A stretch of DNA of 64,000 bases from Chiloscyllium plagiosum. Lineage: Eukaryota. Location of the stretch: assembly GCF_004010195.1 (NCBI RefSeq), contig NC_057719.1, positions 71,998,055 through 72,062,054 on the forward strand, given 5' to 3'. A model generated the notes under the pieces. The model was not told the origin of the DNA. It worked only from the letters and a program-made list of their open reading frames with translations, and made no database searches. A program made the translations under genes and the position numbers. This document shows positions 39,244 to 51,541 of the stretch, in pieces; within the stretch, counting starts at the first letter, position 1, and every line of letters begins with the position of its first letter.

Positions 39244-41821
39244 ATTATGCTACAATTAATGATAGTTTGTACCAATCAGCCTGTGCAATTTTTCAGCAGA
39301 CAATGGAGAACATTTTACAAGGTCTACCCTAGCTTGCCATAAATCTAGATGATGTGCTAATAATAGGGAAGACAATAAAGTGCACTTAGAGAACTTATAC
39401 ATAGTCCTTAGATGTTTCTTCCAGGGAGCATATGCCTAAGAAGGGAAAAATGGGCACCCCAAATGACTTACTTGGGTTACTGAGTTAACAAGACTGGTTT
39501 ACATCCAGAAGATGAAGCAAGGGTGATCAAAGGTGCTCTGGCTCCCACGTCTGTACCAGACCTTAGGTCTTTCGTTGGGCTGGTGAATTATTATGGAAAG
39601 TTCATACATAACCTGGCCTCCATCCCGGCACATTTGCATCAACTCCTGAAACAGGGTCAACCTTGGAAATGGTTGCATAGCCGAGCCATAGCTTTCAGGG
39701 AAGAGAAGGAATAGCTATTATCCTGCAAGGCATTGGTCCACTATGATCCCAAACAAGATCTGGCGATGCTTCCCCGATCAGCATCGGAGTACTATGAGCT
39801 TATAGGTGACCCAATGGAGAGGAACACCCAATAGTATATAAATCCAGGACTTTGGTTAATACAGAGTGTAAATACCCCCAGATAGAGAAGGAAGGTTTGG
39901 TGATAATATTAGGAATCAGGAAGTTCATCCATTACCTTTTGAATCTAAGCCTACTTAAAGAGGACACAGCAGTGCTTCAGGCCAAATTCAGCAGTGGGCT
40001 CTAATGCTAAATGTGTACAATTACAAGTTGGAATACCATCTGGGAGGCCAGGTAGCAAATGTGGATGTAATGACCCACCTCCCACTGACAAATACACCAT
40101 CAGTGATACCACCACTGGAAGAGTCTTTAATGATTTTAAAGATTCTGGACATACTTCCAGTCACAGCTGACAATATCAGACTTTGGATGCATAAAGATCC
40201 GGTCCTGTCAAAACTGAAATAGCCAATGGCAATGGGGGAAGCCAAAGGGGCATCACAACCAGAATTGAAATCTTTTTGACCCAGAGAGATTAGATCACAG
40301 TAGGGGACGCACATTGTTAAGGGGACCACGGATGGTTGTCCCAAGCAAAGGTCACCACAGATACTGCTGACCTCCACTGGGTCATCCTGGCATCTCCAAA
40401 CTGAAGATGTTGGCAAGAAGTTATGGCTGGTGGCCAGGCTTGGATACAGACATAGCCATATTGGTGCAGCAGTGCTCAGAGTGCCAACATGGACAAAAAT
40501 TGCCACCAGTAACTGCTCCACATTTGTAGGAATGGCTAGGCAAACCACAGATTTGGGTTACATGCCGACAATGCAGATCCTTTCATAAGCTCAATGTTCT
40601 TTGTCATTGTAAATGCCCATTCAAAGTGGTTGGATATGCTTAGAGTTCATTTTTCATACAGGGAACAACGATACAGAAACTGTGTGCATCTTTTGCAATT
40701 CACGGACTCCCAGAAGTCACAGAAAGCAGGCTTGCCATTTTCCAGCAGGGAATTTGAGCGTTTCCTAAAGTCAGATACAACAACATACAACAACAGCTCA
40801 ATACCACTCATCATTCAATGATCTGGCTAAAAAAGCAGCTCAAACTTTGAAGGCAGGCTTAAAGAAACAGCCCAGAGCTTCACTAGATACCAAACTGTCT
40901 TGATTATCGGACTACCCAGCATGCAACTACTGGGACAGCTCTATCAGAGATGCAAATGGGGAGAAAAATCTGCACCAGGTTAAATCTTTCTGGACCAGGG
41001 GAGGGGAGAGTAAAATGGTATCAGGAATGCCAGTGCCAGACACCAGATTTTGCCAAGCGAGAGAGTCAGTTTACTACAAAGGACAAAATTTGGTGTAGGA
41101 ACCACAAAAATGGCCCTGCATGGGTAAGAGGCATGGTTGACATGAGGTCATGATCAGTGATGTATAAAGTTCGGGTTGGAGTGACTGACCTGAACAGCAC
41201 ATGAACCATGTGAAAGCCATGAACCCACAAACTGTGAAGGAGCAAAATGTGTCCTGTACCTCAGAATAGTTGGAAAGTCTGTCAGAACCTGTGTGTTCTC
41301 CATCTCCATCAAGCATTAAAGTGACCTCTGAACCTGAGATGGACGGAATGGATCTCACCACATCAATGTCTTTGCCATGCCAGAAGGGAGTGCATTTCTC
41401 CCAAGACACTTGGGTGCAAGAGGTAAGCTCCTGTGCATTACATGCAGCCCACATCAGATGCAGAGTCAGAGGAACCAGACCTGATGCTAAAATACTTCAG
41501 GATGCACTATAAGACAAAGGGCATTCCTATGTCTTCGGACTTAGATGGAGAGGGATGTAATGATTGTAATGAGGTCAACCATGTGGACTTCATGGAATAT
41601 GAGTTCCCTGATCAGGGATGTTAATTTGGCTGACAGATATAAACAGGAGTGTCAGACATCCTGTTCACTCTGAGAGCTGGCTCTGAAGGAGCTGTATCTG
41701 TTCATGGACTTGCTACATATAAATAAAAGTTGAATTGGTGACAGGATACCAGCTTGTGTAGATTATTTCAGTTACTAATAAAAATTACAGGCCCTAGTCA
41801 CAGTATAAATAAAGAAGATGA

Positions 41822-42375
41822 GGGTCTTGTCGCAGAGTGGCGGTATCCCCACATCTGAGCCAGGAGGCCTGAGTTCAAGTCAAACAGTGTGGTGCTAGAG
41901 AAGCACAGCAGGTCAGGCAGCAACTAAAGAACAGGAGAGTCAGCATTTTGGGCATAAGCCCTTCATCAGGGACCTGATAAAGGGCTTATGCCCGAAACAC
42001 TGACTCTCTTGCTCCTCTGATGCTGCCTGATCTGCTGTGCGTTTCCAACACCATACTTTTCAACTCTGATTCTCCAACATCTGTAGTCCTCACTTTCTGC
42101 GAGGCGTGAGTTCAAGTCCCACATGCTTCAGAGATGATTTGGAGATGCCGGTGTTGGACTGGGGTGTACAAAGTTCAAGATCACACAACACCAGGTTATA
42201 GTCCAACAGGTTTAATTGGAAGCACTAATTGTCAACCACCTGATGAAGGAACAGCGCTCTGAAAGCTAGTGCTTCCAGTTAAACCTGTTGGACTATAATC
42301 TGGTGTTGTGTGACTTTTAACTTTATGCTCAGAGATGTGGGATTACATCTTTGAACATGCGGATTAGGAAATATC
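41822..42375 (+). mobile_element. tRNA-derived SINE carrying two nested Penelope hairpin insertions (~41882-42100 and ~42137-42324)
   Basis: The SINE head gcagagtgg...gagttcaagtccc is split. Duplications gaggc(c/g)tgagttcaagtc and atgct(t)cagagatg flank two palindromic inserts. Confidence 0.85.
42240..42272 (+). ncRNA. Minimal hammerhead ribozyme-like core
   Basis: CTGATGA-AGGAACAGCGCTCT-GAAA-GCTAG. Stem II is imperfect in this copy. Confidence 0.45.
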
Positions 42376-44354
42376 TAGGCAAAGAAGAATTGCCTCAAAC
42401 AATCCCTTAACCTAGGCCATATGCAGGCAGAAGTGGCAGATGATAATGACAATTACCAGCAATAGCAAATACCACACACTTGATTTAATTTGTGTTGTGA
42501 AAGATAATTTTTAAGATTGAAGTTTTATTTTTAATATTACAAACCGCAATGCCAGGTGTCTAAACTAATTTTAATAACATGAAAAGATCCTAAAATTACA
42601 CATTTGCAATGGTCTGATTGAACTTAATTGTGAGGTTGCATTTTGTCATTGTGCACCTGAGGGAAAAAAATTGCATATATGTTTGGTCAAAAATATCTTT
42701 AAATGATTTGTTTTGTTTTTGGTCCTCTTCTCAGTTGTTTTGCATATAGATACTCCTGACGAGTTCTTCAAGATTAGTTATTCCGGAGCTGCATTCTCAA
42801 CAAAGTTACTGCCTTCCCTTCTATTAAAGGGCATGAAGTCTACCTAAATTTTGATACTTTTGTAAAACCTTTAAGAAAGTAATTACAGAACAGACCTTAT
42901 CATAAGATAAATTTCAAGGCCTTCTAAATGGGCAAGTGCAATTTTATACTTTGATAGATGTAGCCAAATTTGCTTTTCACCACCAGTACACATAATCAGT
43001 GTGCATCAAGAACTAATCAAAAGCAAAATATGTTAAATTAATAACTAAACTATGTGATTTGCCAATCAGTTGTACAGGAAGGCAAAATGTAGTTATGTTC
43101 ACAAACATTTGTTCCTATGCACCAAATGACAGTTTGTTACTCAGGAAAATGCAATTATACTTTGCTATTTACAAAGCTGATAATCTTCTCCTATCTTTCA
43201 ATAAACCTGGAAAAGATGGTTGATGAGTAACCATGCTGTCCCCCATTCATTCAGGTCCTGGATGTTCCCAAAGTTTTTATATATCTGTTTGCGAATTGTT
43301 AACAGCAAACGAATACTTAAACTACTAGTGCTGCAAAGTCACAAGTGTCCAATGGCTTGCACAATATTTTCAGTTCAGAAACTAACAGCCTATATTTTGA
43401 ATAGACCTGTGAGAAATGCAAAGTGAAAATATGCTGTTGCTAAAATTTTGCATTTGATCTCATTTAGATATGGCTATTACAAATTAACAACCAGATGAAC
43501 AATGAAATATCTGTTAGAATGCCATCCATAGAGAATTCCCATGAATAAATATATGAATATGGTAAGCGCTGACACTTTCATGTTAAAATTCCCAAAGAAA
43601 ATATTTACATAATCTGTCGTAATCAATGGTCCACATCATAATTTTCAAAGGGTAGTAGATAAAGGAACTGCATTTAATTTTTGGATCTTTCTTAAGGAAA
43701 TCTACTCTCAAAGAATTTTGATAAAAGTAAAGGAAGTCATGAGGAATTAGAATCTTCCCTTGTCACAGTTTCATTGCCAGATACATTCAGGGAAAAGCTA
43801 TAATTCCTCAGTGCAAGTTGTTTGTACCTTTTACTGAAAAATTCTAACAGGAGATTTAATGGCAGATGATTAGCACTTGGGGTGGGACTCAGTTTATTTC
43901 AGTGTTTTTGGAATAGTTTTTAATACAGGTTTTAAAATTTGTTTTCTATGATAAGGTGATTTTCTTCATTATTGTCATAAAAAGCTGCATTTATATAAAT
44001 AGCAAACAAGCAAAGTACTAAAAATGAATTGCTGTTTGGACAATCAAGAGAAATTAAATTGACTGGAGAAATAAGCTCATTAATTCATTGCCAAAATGGT
44101 CTCCTTTCTAGAAAATAAACAATAATATTACTTCTCTCTTCTGTTTAAAAAATATTATGCGCACAGCTTCTCTCACTAATTTAAATACTACTGATATGCC
44201 ATTTCAATATAAATCTTATTTTATTCATTCCTTTCACATTAATTCTTTTGCACACTTTACTAATTTAAAAACAGGTTTAATTATATTCCCATTGGAGTAC
44301 TGCTACATAAATAAAATATAATCAATGACTGCCTTTGTTTTGCCTTTATCATAA

Positions 44355-44760
44355 AGAAATATAGAAAACAGGAGCAGAAGTAGGCCATTCAGCCCTTCAA
44401 ACCTGCGGTGCTATTCCATATGATCTTGGCTAATCATCCAATTCAATACCCACTTTCTCCCCAAACCCACTTTATCTTTTTACGCCTAAGAATTATATTT
44501 CCTTCTCAAAAACATTCAATGTTTTGACCTCAACCTCTCACTGGGGCAGAGAATTCCATTAGCTCACCATCTCTAGATGAAGAAATTTCTCCCCTTCTCA
44601 GACCCAAATGGCTTACACTGTATCGTTAAACTGTGCCCCTCATGGTTCTGAACTCCCTGGTCATCGAGAATAGCTTTCCTGCATTTATCCTGTCTAGTTT
44701 TGTTAGAATTTTAAAAGTTTTTGTGAAATTCAATCTTCATTCTTCCTAACTCCTTTGAAA
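44355..44760 (-). mobile_element. CR1 3' fragment
   Basis: agaaaacaggagcagaagtaggccattcagccc tail and gaagaaatttctcc (reverse complement encodes RNFF). Confidence 0.8.
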
Positions 44761-44851
44761 AAAATTCAATAATGTCAGTGTGGATGTAACTTTTTCTTCT
44801 TAAACCAATGAGGTTACATTGATCGAGAGTGTTGTCTATTTCCAATTTGTT

Positions 44852-45152
44852 TTAGATTAGATTACTTACAGTGTGGAAACAGGCCCTTTGGCCCAACAAG
44901 TCCACACCAACCCTCCGAAGAGCAACCCACCCAGACCCCTACATTTACCACTCACCTAACACTACGGGCAATTTAGCATGGCCAATTCACCTAACCTGCA
45001 CATCTTTGGACTATGGGAGGAAACCGGAGCACCCGAAGGAAACCCATGCAGACATGGGGAGAATGTGCAAACTCCACACAGACAGTTGCCTGAGGCGGGA
45101 ATTGAATCCAGGTCTCTGGCTCTGTGAGGCAACCGTGCCACCGTGCCGCCCC
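44852..45152 (-). mobile_element. HE1-type SINE
   Basis: Near full length with gattagattacttac tail. Confidence 0.93.
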
Positions 45153-45609
45153 ATGGTGCAACATTTTGCACTGTAGGTAGATATGATCACAACTGATAAA
45201 ATCCTACAGTCAACTAGACTTGGGTAATATCCTTCTGGGGCAGACACTCTCAAACCCAATGGGAACCATAAATTGATTCATGAACCCAGAGACAGCAATG
45301 AGGATTGTCAAACAAAGACTCTGGCCAAGGCCGTCACTAATTTCCTAAAAATAGTTTTGTCAATGGGATAGTTTCCTATTATCCTAAATGGTTGCACTTT
45401 CTGTTGGTCATTTAGTTCAGTAATCTGGCTGATCAGGGACATTGACCGATAGACTCATGATGGAGAATGTTTACCTGGAGGTACTTCAAATATGAGTTAT
45501 GAGGATTGTTGAGTTAGCCTTTGGATTAGTGCTGAGATTCCAATACATGCACCAGATTCTTAATTCTGAGGGCTCAACAGACACTTCAAACCATTGGCTA
45601 TGTTCAACA

Positions 45610-46375
45610 AATGCCTTCCCCAGGACCCTACCATTAAGTGTATACGTCCTGCCCTGATTTTCCTTATCAAAATGCAGCACCTCACATTTATCTAAGTTAA
45701 ACTCCATCTGTCACTCCTTGGCCCATCGGGGCCCATCTGATCAAGGTTCCTTTGCACTCTGAGATAGTCTCCTTCATTATCCACCACACCACCAATGTTA
45801 GTGTCATCTGCAAACTCACTAATCATTCACCTTACATTCACATCCAAATCCTTTATATAAATGATAAAGAACAGTGGACACAGCACCATTCCTTGCGGCA
45901 CACTCTTGTCACAGGCCTCCAGTCTGAAAAGCAACCCTCCACCACCGTACATTCTCCTACCGTCAAGCCAATTTTGTATCCAATTGATTAGCTCTCCCTG
46001 GATTCCATGTGATCTAACTTTGCTAAGCAGTCTATCAGGTGCAGAACCTCGTCAAGCATCTTGCTGAAGTCCACATAGCCAATGCTCTGCCTTCATCAAT
46101 CTTCTTTGTCACTTTTTCAAAAAGCTCAATCAAGTTAGTGAGACACAATTTCTCATGCACAGAACCTGCTGACTATCCCTCATCAATCCTTACCTTTCCA
46201 AATGCATGTAAATCCTCTCCCTCAGAATCCCCTCCAACAACTTCCCCAACCCTGAAATAACTCTCATCCTTCTATCGTTCCCTGACTTTTCCTAACCACC
46301 TTTCTTAAATAATGGCACTACATTAACCACCCTCCAGTCTTCCAGCACCTCACCCATGGCAATTGATGATGCAAA
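45610..46375 (-). mobile_element. CR1 RT fragment
   Basis: MEFNLDKCEVLHFDKENQGRTYTLNG, plus a KFAD-type remnant (gtcatctgcaaact). Confidence 0.85.
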
Positions 46376-48534
46376 TTCTTCCAAATATTTAATAAAGAAT
46401 ATATCTTTAATTGGGTTAATCTACTTTCTCTCATTTAATATAAACATTAAGTATGTAAATCCAATTAAGGAAGTTATAGACCAGTACTCAAAATGTGTTG
46501 AACTGCAGTGATTAAAATACAAATGTGAGCATAATCGGTCTTTAACCCCAAAGTTGTATTTTAGATGCAAATTTTTTGTTTATGAAAGCTTTTTCACAAC
46601 AACAAATGATAGTTCAAATGTTTCTTTTATATCCAATTAAGTTTTTAACTCTGAAAGCGTATGCATTGTGTACATGGAACAATGATACTAAATAATGCAT
46701 TCAAATTAGAATACCAGCTATTATGCCAGATATTATGTTACTTTGCTACCAGTGTTAAATATGCAGGCTAACCAAGGAAAAGCATTACTATCTAACTAAA
46801 TGTATTTCTTTTATTTTTTTAATTGTCATTTACCAGAATCAATGCTTCTATTTTTGAGCAATTAAAAATAATGACGAGGAACCAATTACAATCTCATGAC
46901 TTCAAACAGCAGCTATAGAAAGTGGATAAATCACATTCTATGGATACGTTTGAGTATCAATGTGCATTCCCTTCCCTTCCCAACATATGAAACTGCCACT
47001 AATTTTTAATAATTGGATGCCAGTGCATAAATGCTGCCAAAATAAGAGCAGGAAGAAACAAGTTTAAAATTAGCTTATGTACCATCCAGGTAGAAATTAG
47101 CATATTGATAAAAACCACTGACATTACATAGATTTCATGCGCAGCAGCCTGTTTTGAGTAGTGTATACCCCATTGAGAGATGTTATATTGATGATTAACA
47201 AACACATTTTTGTCGCTTTGCAAAAACAATTTTCTTTTTTTCTAAGACGCTAAGGTGACTGTGTGAATCAGACCAAAAGACATTGGTTCAGAATGGGAAT
47301 TTATTGAGCAGAGCAGAAGGTTTGATAATTGAAGATTGCACTTTCCTGTCATTTCTGTGGGCTGGAGGCAAGAATGCATTTAGTTTTGTTGGCAGTAATT
47401 TTCCCAAGCCAATTGAAGTGACTAACTTCATGCTATAGAAACACAATGTATTAGTCCTAGTTGGAGACTAAAATTTCCAATGAAAGTAGTTTCTAACGAG
47501 GGACTGATCACCTAAATCAGTTCTGTGAAACGCTGCATGTTCATTAAAATGTAGCTGATTTGATCGCAGCTCATCCACTACCTCATTGGCATAAAATGAT
47601 GTGGAAACTAAGTTTTATTGAGCAGGCTGATGTCATTGATTGATACCAATAGAATTAGAAAATTAATGTATATTCTGTACTAGAAAAACCTAGGAAAAAT
47701 AATTGGAATTGTCCACTTCTGCTTTGCAGCTTGGGCAATCATGAGCAAGTTGGGAGGTTAGATTCTCAATATGAAGAAAATACTTCTGATCTTCCCTTGG
47801 GGTTTAACTGGCAAGTACTGAATCTCACTAACAATTACCTCATTTGTATCTCATTATTGTTAAACTCACTTCGTTCCAGTGCAGCTTCCAATTCTTCTTT
47901 CCTTCCAAGTGAAACAAGATGGCACCTTTTCCCAATATGACAGTTAAAACAGTCACCTATTGCAGCATTTGCTGCTTGCTTCTCTGGCTTTCATCCAGTT
48001 TTGTTTTCACCACAATGTCCATGCATGATCCATCAGCACTGACCTCTTCCACACTTCATCCATCACCAAACCATCAGCCTCAACACATCATCTTGCCTGC
48101 TTTCAGAGCAATTCACACACCACTTCAGGCCTTAAAGACTTCACTTAGGAACTGAGGGATATTTATGCTTCACATGCTTTTGTCAGGATGCTTTGTGCTG
48201 AGGAACATACATGGACCTGAGACACCTACAAAATGCACCTGATGGTTTTTAGTTGCCTTTTTAAATGTTCACTCACTTCAGGCTTAATCGGAGGCTGCCA
48301 GCCTCTGTTGGCCTGTATGACTCGGCTGGTCATCCCAAAGAGGCATTTGGGACCCGACAGCACAGGTCCACTGACAGTGTCCTGCCCAGATACAGGGTCC
48401 CCCTTCTTCGTGGGACTGTTGCAGCCTTTGAGATCACAGTTAGAGGGAGCTAGATGGGCAAGGCAGCATTGGAGTGCAAAAAGCTTTTGGGGGTATTATG
48501 TGTAACTCCTTTATCTCTAAGAATCTTAGAAACC

Positions 48535-48886
48535 CTATAGTGTAGAAAGCAGGCCATTCAGCCCATCAAATCTACTCCTCTGAAGAGCATCCCACACTGA
48601 CCCACCTATCTCGTGCCATTTCGTTTCACTTAGAAGGAAAGAAGAATTGGAAGCTGCATAGAAATGAAGTGAGTTTAACAATAGAATAACATGGATAATC
48701 CACCTCATGTGCACATCCCTGCAAACTATGACCAATTTAGCATGGACAATCCACCTAACCTGCATATCTTTGGACTGTGGAAAGAAACCAAAGCAAATCC
48801 ACACAAACACTCATCTGAGGGTGGAATCGAACCCAGGCTCCTGGTGCTGTGAGGCAGCAGTGCTAATCACTGAGCCACTGTGCCAA
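48535..48886 (-). mobile_element. HE1-type SINE containing a 71-bp inverted copy of 47855-47925
   Basis: HE1 tail and body, with the non-SINE insert at 48613-48683. Confidence 0.85.
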
Positions 48887-48899
48887 CCAGTGTGTGCCT

Positions 48900-49860
48900 G
48901 CCACCTTAACCCTATCTCCCTGAGATGAAGGGGCAGCTGGAGTGAGTACAAGGTCCCTCAACTCCCTCTCACCTCGCCATTGGTGCTGAGCACCTTTGGC
49001 TACAGCCATGGAGTGCAGGTCTCTGGCAGATGCTGTGTATCCTGGTGCCAGGTCTCCAGAAACATGCTTGCCAGAGCCAGCACCAGTCCTGAGATAGTTG
49101 ATGAGCTTCCCCTTTCATCCAGATTACCACCTCTCTCAGACAAACTATGTATTTTGATGAAGTCATTAATAGCTGATAACCTTCTGTCTGGAGCTGACTC
49201 AAAGGGCCTGGGTGGAGATGTGTTCGTGATGAGCTCACCAGATTGTCCTCTGAAATCTAATCTCACTAGAGTACCCTCTGAGATGAAAATCTGAACTTGT
49301 GAGGGTGCAGGTGAACGCTTTGCTGGTCAAGGGGCTTCCTTCTCAGATGTGGAGGAGGAGTTAGGAGTTGCCAGCAGTGAACATTTCCTTGCAGGGATTT
49401 CTCGAGTGCTGCAAAGAGAAGCGAGGAAATTAGTTGGGCAAAAGAGATAATTTTGTGTAGGTTGAGAATAAGTCAGTGTTGACATTAGTGGGAGAAATGT
49501 GTAGCAAAGCATTATGGATCTTACTTATTTGTCTGTCCATGGAGCATTCTGTACCTCCATATGGGCAGTAATGTTCTTCTCTAGCTAAGTATTTTCTCCT
49601 CATCTGCGATGAAACGCTCTATGAACGTATGAGCACCCTGTCCAGCCCCCCCAAAGTGCCACTCACTGATCGTGAGACCTTTCTTCTTGCAGTGAGACAA
49701 AAAGGGGGTTGAGTCTGATAGAAGTTGATGGAAGAGCTTTTCTAGTGACGTCACAGGTCCTGGGATGGATGGATGAATGAATGGGAGTGGTGTGCATGTC
49801 ATAGCCTAATAGCCATGCCTGAGTCTCAAAGGAGCTATTGTGCTCAGGTCGTACAGTCAT
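48900..49860 (-). mobile_element. Probable Harbinger accessory (Myb/SANT-like) ORF remnant
   Basis: Minus-strand LQEERSHDQ..GG...DEEKIL resembles the QEKxAHN...TGGG...EE motif downstream of the Myb/SANT domain. Heavily decayed. Confidence 0.4.
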
Positions 49861-50781
49861 TTAAAACATAGACAGAGGCCCTTCGGCCCATTGTGTCCAT
49901 GTGGGCCATCAAGAACTTATCTACTACAGTCCCATTATCCAGCACTTAGCTTGTAGCTTTGTATACTATGGCATTTCAAGTATCCATGAAATCCCATTTT
50001 ACATTCCAACTTTATTCTCGAGGAGATGTTTTTGGGTTACCACCTCCAATCACTTTGCACAGGTCTAGGAAGCTCATCATGTTGCATAAAGCACCAGCGT
50101 GTGTCTGAGACTTTATGTTCATTTGGTACTTTCATTCTGCAGTCATGTGATTCTAAAAGTCACAAACCATTTATCACCATTAGATCTGATAGTGCTCAAA
50201 ATTGCTGGAAAAGCACAGCAGGTCAGGCAGCATCCAAGGAACAGGAGAATCAACGTTTCGGGCATGAGCCCTTCTTCAGGAATGAGGAAAGTGTGTCCAG
50301 CAGGCTAAGTAAGTAGGCGGCCTGTCTCCCCAATATAGAGGAGGCCACATCGGGTGCAGCGGATGCAATAAATGATGTGTGTGGAGGTGCAGGTGAATTT
50401 GTGGCAGATATAGAAGGATCCCTTGGGGCCTTGGAGGGAAGTAAGGGGGGAGGTGTGGGCGCAAGTTTTGCATTTCTTGTGGTTGCAGGGGAAGGTGCCG
50501 GGAGTGGAGGTTGGGTTGGTGGGGGGTGTGGACCTGACGAGGGAGTCACGGAGGGAGTGGTCTTTTCGGAATGCTGATAGGGGAGGGGAGGGAAATATCT
50601 CCCTGGTGGTGTGGTCCATTTGGAGGTGGCGGAAATGACGACAGATGGTACGATGTATATGGAGGTTGGTGGGGTGGTAGGTGAGGACCAGTGGGGTTCT
50701 GTCCCGGTGGCGATTGGAGGGGTGGGGCACAAGGGCGGAGGAGCGGGAAGTGGAAGAGATGCGGTGGAGAGCATCGTCGAC

Positions 50782-51255
50782 NNNNNNNNNNNNNNNNNNN
50801 NNNNNNNNNNNNNNNNNNNNNNNNNNNNNNNNNNNNNNNNNNNNNNNNNNNNNNNNNNNNNNNNNNNNNNNNNNNNNNNNNNNNNNNNNNNNNNNNNNNN
50901 NNNNNNNNNNNNNNNNNNNNNNNNNNNNNNNNNNNNNNNNNNNNNNNNNNNNNNNNNNNNNNNNNNNNNNNNNNNNNNNNNNNNNNNNNNNNNNNNNNNN
51001 NNNNNNNNNNNNNNNNNNNNNNNNNNNNNNNNNNNNNNNNNNNNNNNNNNNNNNNNNNNNNNNNNNNNNNNNNNNNNNNNNNNNNNNNNNNNNNNNNNNN
51101 NNNNNNNNNNNNNNNNNNNNNNNNNNNNNNNNNNNNNNNNNNNNNNNNNNNNNNNNNNNNNNNNNNNNNNNNNNNNNNNNNNNNNNNNNNNNNNNNNNNN
51201 NNNNNNNNNNNNNNNNNNNNNNNNNNNNNNNNNNNNNNNNNNNNNNNNNNNNNNN
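50782..51255. other. Assembly gap (474 N)
   Basis: Run of N. Confidence 1.
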
Positions 51256-51333
51256 TCACATTTCCAACGCTGCTCCCCCAAGTCCCTCCTCCCTACCTTT
51301 TATCTTAGCCTGCTGGACACACTTTCCTCATTC

Positions 51334-51368
51334 CTGAAGAAGGGCTCATGCCCGAAACTTCGATTCTC
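51334..51368 (+). ncRNA. Minimal hammerhead ribozyme-like core in Penelope terminus (mirror copy at 50245-50279 on minus strand)
   Basis: CTGAAGA-A-GGGC-TCAT-GCCC-GAAAC, with a perfect 4-bp stem II. Confidence 0.65.
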
Positions 51369-51541
51369 CTGCTCCCTGGATGCTGCCTGACCTGCTGTGC
51401 CTTTCCAGCAACACGTTTTCAGCTCTGATCTGCAGCATCTGCAGTCCTCACTTTCTCCTCTTTAGATCTGACAGTGCTAACCTGTGGTATGTCGTTGAGT
51501 GATTTGTCAGACTCATTTGCTAACATCTGCCCAGCAGCCTC

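Larger units (their letters stand above)
37601..41770 (+). mobile_element. Decayed Gypsy (Ty3) LTR retrotransposon
   Basis: LTRs run TGTA...TTATTTCA at 37601-37812 and 41556-41770. PBS-like gtggcgacg follows the 5' LTR and a purine tract (agatggagaggga) precedes the 3' LTR. Coding remnants: protease MQVDTSMAISVI, RT LCGDFK / NLDDVLI / LRSFVGLVNYYGKFI, RNase H YPQIEKEGL, integrase IVNAHSKW. Order is PR-RT-RH-IN. Confidence 0.9.
50197..51461. mobile_element. Young Penelope-like element with inverted termini and a 17-bp TSD
   Basis: Minus ORF 50305-50730 ...FPCNHKKCKTC...IIYCIRCTRCGLLYIGETGR is a GIY-YIG endonuclease. 50202-50309 is the reverse complement of 51304-51411. TSD ttagatctga(t/c)agtgct at 50180-50196 and 51462-51478. 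Confidence 0.93.

Noticed and set aside
50250..51390. Long ORFs of 205-343 aa
   Set aside because: They span the N gap, and the flanks are Penelope sequence.
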